Assembly: GCA_965662235.1 (NCBI GenBank)
Contig: CBFIGY010000049.1
Span: 1 to 13,858, forward strand
Direction of reading: 5' to 3'
Source: an uncultured bacterium
GTDB lineage: Bacteria; SAR324; NAC60-12
DNA: 13,858 nt
Below, piece after piece: positions 1-7,159 of this stretch; within the stretch, counting starts at the first letter, position 1, and every line of letters begins with the position of its first letter. Position numbers and translations under genes: made by a program. Below the pieces are notes generated by a model. The model saw only the letters and a program-made list of their open reading frames with translations, did not search any database and was not told where the DNA came from.

Positions 1-2127
1 TGCTAGGTCAGCCAGCTGCTGCGTGGGCGCATACAGGGCTCCGTAAGAAGCGTGTGCTTCTAGGCGCTTTACCAGCTCTCCGGCTCCCACAGCATCCGCC
101 CAGCGGAAGATGCCCCCCCGGAACGGCGGAAAGCCCAAGCCATACACTAGGCCCATGTCCACCTCTGTGGGAGTTTCCACAATGTTGTCCTCCAGGCACC
201 GGGAGCTTTCGGTGAGCATCGGCAGCATCAAGCGGTCAATGATGTCCGCATCGCTGATGCCGGAGCCATCGCCCTGAATGAACTCCGCCAGCACCGCGTC
301 CACGTCCTCTGCCCGGACCTTCACGGGTTTTCCTTTTTTGTCGGTGCTGTGGTGGTAGAAGCCCAGGTTGTTCTTCTGTCCGTAACGTCCCTGCCGGAAC
401 ATGAACTGCGCAATCGTCTCTGATTCGGAGTGCATGCGGTCTGGGAAGCCTTCCGCCATCACCCCTTCTGCGTGGCATGCGGTGTCAATGCCCACCACAT
501 CGAGCAGAAACGCAGGCCCCATCGGCCACCCAAACTGCTTCTCCATCACCTTGTCGATGCGTTCAAAGTCAACCCCGTCTCGGATGAGGCTGTTGAAGCC
601 GGCAAAGTAGGGAAAGAGGACTCGGTTGACCAGAAACCCCGGGCAGTCGTTGACCACAATCGGACTCTTCCCCATGGCAGTTGCGTAGGCGACGGTCGTG
701 GCCACAGCCGCATCACTGGTCTGCTCCCCACGGATGACCTCAACCAGTGGCATGCGGTGGACGGGGTTGAAGAAGTGCATTCCACAGAAGCGTTCCGGAT
801 TCGGGACTCCTTCCGCAAGCCGAGAGATGGAGATCGTTGAGGTGTTGGAAGCAATCACGGCCTCCGGACCCAGTACTTCCGCTAGTTCCTGATACACCTG
901 CTTCTTCACGGCCTCTTTTTCCACCACGGCCTCCACCACCAGGTCGACATCCTTCAGAGGCTCATAGGTCAGGGAGGGCAGGATGCGGGTGAGGGTTTCC
1001 GCCATTTTCTGAGGCGTGGTCTTGCCTCGGTCAATGCCCTTTTGCAGAATCTTTGAAGCCTCCCGCAGTCCCAAGTCCAGCTGCCCTTGCGCAATGTCCT
1101 TCATCACAATCGGAATGCGTTTGGACGCACTCTGGTAGGCCACCCCACCGCCCATGATCCCGGCGCCCAAGACACCTGTCCGTTCCACCTTCTTGCCCTG
1201 TTTGGCCCAGCCCTTGGCCCGCTTCTTGACCAGCTGATCACCGAGGAAGATGCCCACCAACGAGGTCGCCACCTCAGTTTTTGCCAACTCAGCAAACCCT
1301 TCGGCTTCCACCGCCAAGGCGTCCTGAAGGCTCATCCCGGCACATGCCTGCACCACCCCCACCAACGTGAGGGGAGCAGGGTAGTGCTTTCCGGCTTTGG
1401 ATGCGATGAAGGCCCGGGCGGTTTCAAACGCCATCAGCCCTTCATTTTCATTGAGCTGCAGCGGCCCCCGGAGGTTCTCGCGACGGGCTTGCCAGTCCAG
1501 CTCTCCATCCGCAAGACGGGTGAGCAGCGAAAGCGCCGCGGTCCGGACCTCATCGGGCTCCACCACGGCGTCCACGGCGCCCTGCTTCAGCGCGGCCTCA
1601 CCGGCGTAGTCGCCACCAGCCGCCATCCACTCGAGGGCATTGTCCACCCCAATCAGTCGCGGCAGCCGCGACGTTCCGCCGAATCCGGGAATCAGGCCCA
1701 GCTTCACTTCCGGCTGCCCCACCTTTGCCTTAGACGACATCACCCGGTAGGAACAAGCTAGGGCCATTTCGAAGCCACCACCGAGCGCGAACCCGTTGAT
1801 GGCCACGACCGTCGGGACCTCCAGATTTTCAAAATCGGTGAACACCTGCTGCGCCTTCATCACCCACTGCTGCAGCTCCGCCTGCGGCATCTGGAAATGC
1901 GTCAGGAATTCCGTGATGTCAGCGCCCACAATGAAGACGTCTTTGGCGCTGGTCACCAGCACGCCCCGGACGTCTGAAGCCGCTGCCAGTTGCTCAACGA
2001 CCTCCCGGAGCTCCGTCAAAGTCGCCTGGTTGAATTTGTTGACCGACTCACCCTGCAGGTCAAAGCAGAGTTCCAGCAGTCCGTTTTCGAGTGGGGTGAC
2101 GCGGAGCGCCTTTCCTTGATAATTCAT
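1..2127 (-). CDS. fadB: Fatty acid oxidation complex subunit alpha (enoyl-CoA hydratase / 3-hydroxyacyl-CoA dehydrogenase); 3' end runs just off the window
   Basis: Manual translation from ATG at 2127 gives MNYQGKALRVTPLENGLLELCFDLQGESVNKFNQ..., hydratase motifs INGFALGGGFEMAL and GQPEVKLGLIPGFGG, Rossmann motif GVLGAGIMGGG, FCGMHFFNPVHRMPLVEVIRG, and C-terminal EVDMGLVYGLGFPPFRGG...GALYAPT, all in one frame down to position 1. AAGGGA RBS upstream. Absent from the ORF track because there is no stop in the window. Confidence 0.96.
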   Translation of the reverse strand, partial: MNYQGKALRVTPLENGLLELCFDLQGESVNKFNQATLTELREVVEQLAAASDVRGVLVTSAKDVFIVGADITEFLTHFQMPQAELQQWVMKAQQVFTDFENLEVPTVVAINGFALGGGFEMALACSYRVMSSKAKVGQPEVKLGLIPGFGGTSRLPRLIGVDNALEWMAAGGDYAGEAALKQGAVDAVVEPDEVRTAALSLLTRLADGELDWQARRENLRGPLQLNENEGLMAFETARAFIASKAGKHYPAPLTLVGVVQACAGMSLQDALAVEAEGFAELAKTEVATSLVGIFLGDQLVKKRAKGWAKQGKKVERTGVLGAGIMGGGVAYQSASKRIPIVMKDIAQGQLDLGLREASKILQKGIDRGKTTPQKMAETLTRILPSLTYEPLKDVDLVVEAVVEKEAVKKQVYQELAEVLGPEAVIASNTSTISISRLAEGVPNPERFCGMHFFNPVHRMPLVEVIRGEQTSDAAVATTVAYATAMGKSPIVVNDCPGFLVNRVLFPYFAGFNSLIRDGVDFERIDKVMEKQFGWPMGPAFLLDVVGIDTACHAEGVMAEGFPDRMHSESETIAQFMFRQGRYGQKNNLGFYHHSTDKKGKPVKVRAEDVDAVLAEFIQGDGSGISDADIIDRLMLPMLTESSRCLEDNIVETPTEVDMGLVYGLGFPPFRGGIFRWADAVGAGELVKRLEAHASYGALYAPTQQLADLA

Positions 2128-2168
2128 GTGCTTCCCTTCGTAAGCGATCCAAGGCGGATGATTCAGAG

Positions 2169-4016
2169 TTAGAGCAGGATGTCCAGCGGGTCGTAGTTAT
2201 GGTGCTTGGCGCCCGTCAGGGAGGCCTCGAACTGAGGCACCACGCCTTCCAGGAAGAACCGAACCGTCTTGAGCTTGGAGTGGTAGAAGCGAGCCTCTTC
2301 GTGTTCCTGGAGGAAGGCCGTATCGTCCGGATCCGCGCCCTGGGCCTGCGCCAGCTCGTCCAGCCGATCGGAAGCAATGCGTCCCTGCTGAAGCAGGAAC
2401 CAGGAAGCCGTGACCGCCGAGGTGAACATCAGGAACGGAGTGGCGTACAGCGCAACGCCTTCCATGCCCCGAGACTGGATGACCTTCTGCGCACTCAAGG
2501 CCAAGTCGGAAAGGTTGCTGCAGGAGGCCTCCCAGGTTTTGCAGAGCGGCCCCAGTCGCGGGTGCGAGTGGTTTTCAGCAATGAACTCGCCGAAGCGGGT
2601 GAGCAGGTTCATGAAGAGCGCCCCGTTGTTCATGGTCATCTTACGCCCCACGAGGTCAAGGGCCTGAATGTCCGTGGTGCCTTCGTAGATGGCCGTGACC
2701 CGAGCATCCCGGAAGAGCTGCTCCAGCGGGAAGTCCTGCGTGTACCCCACGCCTCCCAGGACCTGAATGCCGATGTTGATGGTCTCAATGCCGGTTTCGG
2801 TGCAGAAGCCCTTGCACATCGGTGTCAGCAGCTCCACCAGGTCCTGATGCGGCTGAGCGGCTTCCGGAGTCGCTGCGCTGCGCGCCTGATCCAGCTCAAA
2901 GGTGGTTCCATAGAGCAGGGCCCGCATGGCCTCCACCCGGGCTCGCATCTGCATGAGGTTGAAGCGAACAGCCGGGTGTTCCACAATCGCCACCCGTGGA
3001 GCTTCCGGGTTCCGCATCTGAGAGATGTGGGCGCCCTGGAGCCGCTCCTTGGCATACGAAAGGGCATTCTGATGAGCAGCGCTGGCCAAGCCGAGTCCCA
3101 GTGCCGATGTGGCCAACCGAGCCTCGTTCATCATCTGAAACATCTCAGACATGCCCTTGTGTTCCCGCCCCAGCAGCCACCCTCGGCAGGTGCCTTGCTC
3201 CCCAAAGTTCATCACGCAGGTGGGGCTTCCGTGCAGGCCCATCTTGTGCTCAATGGAACCGACCCCAACGTCGTTCGGCGCTCCCAGCGAGCCATCGTCC
3301 TCCACCAGCACCCGCGGCACCAGAAACAGGCTCAGGCCTCCGGTTCCGGGACCCGCCCCTTTGATCCGTGCGAGCACCGCATGCACGGTGTTTTCCACGA
3401 GGTCGCTGTCCCCGTTGGAGATCCACACCTTGGTCCCCTTGATGAGGTAGGTGCCGTCGTCCTGAGGCTCCGCCAGGGTCGTCGATGCCCCAACGTCTGA
3501 ACCCGCCTGCGGCTCACTGAGGCACATCGTGCCGTTGAAGCGTCCGGACAGCATGTGCGGAACGTACTTGCGTTTCAGCTCTTCGGTGCCAAACGAAAGG
3601 ATCAGCCGGGCGCACCCTTCGGTGAGGCCAAAGAAGGACGAAACCGCCTGGTTGCCTCCGATCAGGCCTTCATTGACCGCCAGTCCCAGGCTAGAGGGAG
3701 CTCCCTGTCCTCCGAAATCAGGGTCGCTGGTGATGGAGCCCCAGCCCAGTTCGTAGGCCTGCCGATACGGCTCCCGCATGCACTCTGCCACCTTGACGCG
3801 GCCGTCTTCCATCCACGCGCCCTTTCGGTCGGTTTCCTGCCGGGTCGGCGCCACCACGTCCGTGGCAAAGGTTGCGGCCTCCTGGAGCATCAGGTCCACG
3901 GTCTCGGCATCAAAGGCCTGGAAGCGTTCCTGCTCACTGAGTTTCGCGACCTTCAGCCACTCATTCAGCACAAATCGGATTTCCGGAAGATCCACAACAA
4001 GGTCGGTACTGCTCAT
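2169..4016 (-). CDS. Acyl-CoA dehydrogenase, long (~600 aa) FadE5/DmdC-like type
   Basis: 615 aa ORF with ACAD motifs GTMCLSEPQAGSDVG, YLIKGTKVWISNG, EHKMGLHGSPTC, MFQMMNEARL, IQVLGGVGY and catalytic-Glu motif IYEGT. GAGGA RBS before the ATG. Ends 41 bp upstream of fadB. Confidence 0.93.
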   Translation of the reverse strand: MSSTDLVVDLPEIRFVLNEWLKVAKLSEQERFQAFDAETVDLMLQEAATFATDVVAPTRQETDRKGAWMEDGRVKVAECMREPYRQAYELGWGSITSDPDFGGQGAPSSLGLAVNEGLIGGNQAVSSFFGLTEGCARLILSFGTEELKRKYVPHMLSGRFNGTMCLSEPQAGSDVGASTTLAEPQDDGTYLIKGTKVWISNGDSDLVENTVHAVLARIKGAGPGTGGLSLFLVPRVLVEDDGSLGAPNDVGVGSIEHKMGLHGSPTCVMNFGEQGTCRGWLLGREHKGMSEMFQMMNEARLATSALGLGLASAAHQNALSYAKERLQGAHISQMRNPEAPRVAIVEHPAVRFNLMQMRARVEAMRALLYGTTFELDQARSAATPEAAQPHQDLVELLTPMCKGFCTETGIETINIGIQVLGGVGYTQDFPLEQLFRDARVTAIYEGTTDIQALDLVGRKMTMNNGALFMNLLTRFGEFIAENHSHPRLGPLCKTWEASCSNLSDLALSAQKVIQSRGMEGVALYATPFLMFTSAVTASWFLLQQGRIASDRLDELAQAQGADPDDTAFLQEHEEARFYHSKLKTVRFFLEGVVPQFEASLTGAKHHNYDPLDILL

Positions 4017-4085
4017 GCTATCCTCGCAAGATGAGATGTCAGGAAGGCGGATTCCTTACAGGGAAAAGTGAGACGGCATCAGCCT

Positions 4086-4121
4086 AACGCTCCGCCTCAG
4101 CAAAGGCAATCGGGGAGCGTT
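4086..4121. other. Intergenic stem-loop immediately after the pirin stop codon
   Basis: AACGCTCC (4086-4093) pairs with GGAGCGTT (4114-4121), inner GCCT (4094-4097) pairs with AGGC (4104-4107). No U-tract directly follows on the minus strand. Confidence 0.55.
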
Positions 4122-4124
4122 GGT

Positions 4125-5141
4125 TTACGCGGGATGCTCTTCCTCTCCGTTGGCATGACGGGCAAAACGGTTCGGGCTTGAGCCATGGATGGGGTCTGAG
4201 CGGTCCCACGGCCAGCCTCCGAACTGCGTCCGCTGGTAGTCCCCAAACGCCTGCTGGATCTCCGCCCGGGTGTTCATGACAAAGGGGCCATACTGCGTCA
4301 CCGGCTCTCCGATGGGACGTCCCTGCAGAAGGAGCAGGCGGGAGAAGCCTTCGCCGTTGGTCACCGACAGCGCTCCTTCCGGGACTTCCGCGAGGTGGCT
4401 GACCGGCAACGACTGGTTCTCTAAAGTCACCGTGTCTCCTTCATAAAGGTACAGGCGCCGACGGACTCCGGAAGCCACAGCAGGCAGGGTCCAGGTGGCA
4501 TTCGGTTCCAGTTCCAGCACCCAGATCGCTACTTCGTTGACCGGGTCTGCCGCCCAAGAATCTGGAGGAGGAGCCAGCGCCGGTGTTTCCTCAAAGGCGC
4601 CCGCGTACTGCGTGATCGTGATGCTCCGCCCAAATCCATCCTGCAGCCGGTGCACCGGAATCTGGTCGCGCCAGAACATCTTGAAGTGCGGCTCCGCCAT
4701 CTTGTTGCGGCCCGGAAGGTTTACCCAGATCTGAAACAGCTCCAGAGTGTTGGCGCCAATGCGTTGCAGCAGGGGGAACATTTCAGAGTGCTGAATGCCG
4801 GCTCCAGCCGTCAGCCACTGCACATCTCCACCCCCGTATCGCCCCGCAGCGCCCATCGAATCTGCATGATCCACCAGTCCCTTACGGACGACGGTCACGG
4901 TTTCAAAGCCACGGTGCGGGTGCGCAGGGAAGCCCGGGACCTTTTGTCCGTGGTACATCCGCCATCCGTCAATGCCCGCAAAGTCCTGCCCCATATCCCG
5001 TCCCTTCAGGGAGGCCTCCGGACCCAACTCTGCGTTTCCGGCAGGATAGAAGTCCAGGTGGTAGACACAGAACAGGAACGGATCCGCGGTTTGCCAAGGA
5101 AAGCCTAGGGGTTCGATGCGAATGGGGACGGACGCAGACAT
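4125..5141 (-). CDS. Pirin family protein (bicupin, metal-binding)
   Basis: 338 aa ORF with DPFL, GFPAHPHRGFETVT, DVQWLTAGAGIQHSEM (His-x-His ... His-x-Glu metal ligands), FQIWVNLP and C-terminal PIGEPVTQYGPFVMNT. No clear SD before the ATG. Confidence 0.95.
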   Translation of the reverse strand: MSASVPIRIEPLGFPWQTADPFLFCVYHLDFYPAGNAELGPEASLKGRDMGQDFAGIDGWRMYHGQKVPGFPAHPHRGFETVTVVRKGLVDHADSMGAAGRYGGGDVQWLTAGAGIQHSEMFPLLQRIGANTLELFQIWVNLPGRNKMAEPHFKMFWRDQIPVHRLQDGFGRSITITQYAGAFEETPALAPPPDSWAADPVNEVAIWVLELEPNATWTLPAVASGVRRRLYLYEGDTVTLENQSLPVSHLAEVPEGALSVTNGEGFSRLLLLQGRPIGEPVTQYGPFVMNTRAEIQQAFGDYQRTQFGGWPWDRSDPIHGSSPNRFARHANGEEEHPA

Positions 5142-5170
5142 CAGTAGCCGTGTTGTTTGGAGGAATCAGG

Positions 5171-5214
5171 AAAAAACCAAGAGCCCCTTCCGGAGTGCGG
5201 GGCGCCCGGGGGTT
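5171..5214 (-). terminator. Intrinsic terminator-like hairpin plus U6 in the pirin leader
   Basis: Minus strand reads CCGGGCGCCCC-GCACTCCGGAA-GGGGCTCTTGG-TTTTTT: 10 of 11 stem positions pair (two G-U), followed by six T. Confidence 0.45.
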
Positions 5215-5248
5215 GACGTGCTGAAGAAAGAACCGAACTGTTCAGAAA

Positions 5249-5276
5249 AGGATAACCCGCCTCCGGGGAAAGTCAA
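5249..5276 (-). promoter_or_regulatory. Candidate sigma70 promoter pointing toward pirin
   Basis: Minus strand TTGACT (5276-5271), 16 nt spacer, TATCCT (5254-5249). Confidence 0.45.
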
Positions 5277-5320
5277 TTGAGCCCCGGCTCGCCTCCTAGT
5301 GGGAAAAATGAGAACAGCGC

Positions 5321-5347
5321 TAAAGATTTGTCCGGAGATGCCGATGT
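5321..5347 (+). promoter_or_regulatory. Sigma28 (FliA) promoter of the flagellin gene
   Basis: TAAA (5321-5324), exactly 15 nt, GCCGATGT (5340-5347) versus consensus TAAA-N15-GCCGATAA; 63 nt upstream of a flagellin ATG. Confidence 0.85.
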
Positions 5348-5396
5348 AAGGGGAAACAAGGCCGCAGTGAACAGCAGCCTGATACGAACTATCCAA

Positions 5397-5408
5397 GGCA
5401 TGGATGTC
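5397..5408 (+). promoter_or_regulatory. Putative CsrA/RsmA binding hairpin overlapping the flagellin RBS
   Basis: GGCA-TGGA-TGTC mini hairpin with GGA in the loop; CATGGATG matches the CANGGANG consensus; ends 2 nt before the ATG. Confidence 0.6.
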
Positions 5409-5410
5409 CT

Positions 5411-6997
5411 ATGATCATCAAGAACAACCCGTTGGCCCTGAACGTCCTGAGGCGTGCGAATGAGCAGCATCAGTCGGTTCAGAAGACCATCGGCAAGCTC
5501 AGCTCTGGAGAAGAGGTGACGAAGGCCATGGACGGACCTTCGACCTTGATTGCCTCTGAAAAAATGAGAGGCCGGATTTCAGCTCTGAACCAAGCCAGTC
5601 GCAACAATGAGGCTTCGGTTTCCATGCTGCAAACTGCCGAGGGGGCCCTGTCTGAAATCAGTGGCATCCTCACCCGCATGAAGCAAATCACCATTCATGC
5701 CGCCAACGAAGCGGCCAACGACCCGGACACGCTGGGCGCTGATCAGATGGAGCTGGAGTACCTGATGGGCTCCATCAACAACATTGCGCGCAGCACCAGC
5801 TTTGGTGAAAACAAGCTGCTCGACGGCAGCCGTGGCGTCAACGGCGTCACTGTGGGAGACCACCTTACCTTCTTGGAGGCTTCTGCTGAAACCGGAGTCT
5901 CGCCCGTTCAAGGGTTCGAGATCGACATCACTCAGGTCGCATCCAAGTCCTACATGGTGGGCAAGCAGCCACTGACCCTGGAGAGCATTGGGGACGGTTT
6001 CCAGATCACCATTCAGGAGCAGGGCAAGGTTGCTGAAATGGACACCCGTCGTGGAGAAGTGGGCCGGGAGCTGAAGAGCATCCTGAGCAGTTACTACGAC
6101 AACCCGGACAACTATGACCCGGAGAACGTCTCGGAGCAGATCCGCTCGGTGGTGGGCGTGCACCTTCAGAAGTCTCTGGATGAAGCCGGAGTTCCTGTTG
6201 ACACCTGGTTCAGCGACAGTGGCCTGCTGGTGCTCCAGCACAAGCAGTATGGCAGTGACCCCCGTTTCAGCGTCTCCTGCACACAGCCCGGACTGATCAC
6301 CGACAAGGTCAACATTGCCGACCGCTGCATCCTCGGAAAGGATGTTCAGGGCACCTTCGATGGCGAACAGGGCATGGGCAAGGGCCAGCTGCTCACCGGC
6401 GGGACGGGCATTGAGGCCGAAGGAGCCGTGGTGCGCTTTGACCTCGACGTCGGCTTTGAGGAGCAGTTCACCTACGATGACAATGGCGCGGTGACCTCGG
6501 TCACCCTGGCTCAGGTTGAACCTGAAGGCATCCGGCCAGGCGACGTGGATGGCTACCTGCACATCTCGCAGCAGTCCCCTCAGTTCCTGCTGGGCTCCAA
6601 GGAAAAGCTGACCACGTACTCGCTTCCAGACGTCCGGACCAACCGCATGTCGCTTGGAGTGGACAACAAGAGTGGCTTCCGGAGCCTCGCGGACATTGAC
6701 GTCACCACCACACAGGGAGCGGTTGACGCAAGCCGGATCATTTCCAAGGCCATTGATGAGGTGGCCGAGATGCGGGCTGATGTGGGAGCATTCCAGAAGA
6801 ACCGCGTTGAGCGGACCTCCAACCTGATGCAGGTGACCAATGAGAACTCCGTCCGGGCCGAATCCGGACTACGAGACGCCGATGTTGCTGAGCAGATGTC
6901 CAACCTGGCCCGGGAGCAGATCCAGCTCTCAGCGAGTCAGGCGATGCTGGCTCAGGCCAACCAGCGCCCTCAGTCGGTCCTCCAGCTCATCCGCTAA
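5411..6997 (+). CDS. fliC: Flagellin (divergent, with a large central variable region)
   Basis: 528 aa. N-terminal D0/D1: KLSSG, ALNQASRN, SMLQTAEGALSEI, INNIARSTSFGENKLLDGS. C-terminal D1/D0: AIDEVAEMRADVGAFQ, AESGLRDADVAEQM, SQAMLAQANQRPQSVLQLI. Preceded by a sigma28 promoter. Confidence 0.93.
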   Translation: MIIKNNPLALNVLRRANEQHQSVQKTIGKLSSGEEVTKAMDGPSTLIASEKMRGRISALNQASRNNEASVSMLQTAEGALSEISGILTRMKQITIHAANEAANDPDTLGADQMELEYLMGSINNIARSTSFGENKLLDGSRGVNGVTVGDHLTFLEASAETGVSPVQGFEIDITQVASKSYMVGKQPLTLESIGDGFQITIQEQGKVAEMDTRRGEVGRELKSILSSYYDNPDNYDPENVSEQIRSVVGVHLQKSLDEAGVPVDTWFSDSGLLVLQHKQYGSDPRFSVSCTQPGLITDKVNIADRCILGKDVQGTFDGEQGMGKGQLLTGGTGIEAEGAVVRFDLDVGFEEQFTYDDNGAVTSVTLAQVEPEGIRPGDVDGYLHISQQSPQFLLGSKEKLTTYSLPDVRTNRMSLGVDNKSGFRSLADIDVTTTQGAVDASRIISKAIDEVAEMRADVGAFQKNRVERTSNLMQVTNENSVRAESGLRDADVAEQMSNLAREQIQLSASQAMLAQANQRPQSVLQLIR

Positions 6998-7010
6998 TTT
7001 CCTCTCGATT

Positions 7011-7040
7011 CCGGTCCCTGCGCGGGACCGGTTTTCCTTT
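7011..7040 (+). terminator. Rho-independent terminator of the flagellin gene
   Basis: Perfect 8-bp stem CCGGTCCC / GGGACCGG, 5-nt loop TGCGC, followed by TTTTCCTTT, 13 nt after the stop codon. Confidence 0.85.
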
Positions 7041-7159
7041 CCCAGACGCTTTCCTTTCTGCCGTAGCCTCGCCGTCTTTTTTCGGTGGCCCTTGTTTTCT
7101 GCTCAAAAACCGGTTTATCTTGAGAGCGTTACCGCTATTCATGACCTCCAGGTGAACCT

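Noticed and set aside
1087..1761. 224 aa plus-strand ORF and other short ORFs within 1-2172
   Set aside because: All are shadows or alternative frames of fadB, which the ORF track missed because its stop lies outside the window.
2199..3500. 433 aa plus-strand ORF
   Set aside because: Lies wholly antisense to the acyl-CoA dehydrogenase; typical stop-poor shadow frame of a GC-rich gene with no recognisable motifs.
5142..5410. c-di-GMP riboswitch or tRNA upstream of flagellin; 76 aa and 65 aa ORFs
   Set aside because: No GEMM-type conserved segments or cloverleaf found by eye; the ORFs overlap the identified promoter elements and lack coding features.
5579..6562. 327 aa minus-strand ORF
   Set aside because: Antisense shadow of the flagellin gene.
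5830..6580. Possible enzymatic flagellin (flagellinolysin)
   Set aside because: No HExxH or other catalytic motif that I can recognise in the variable region.
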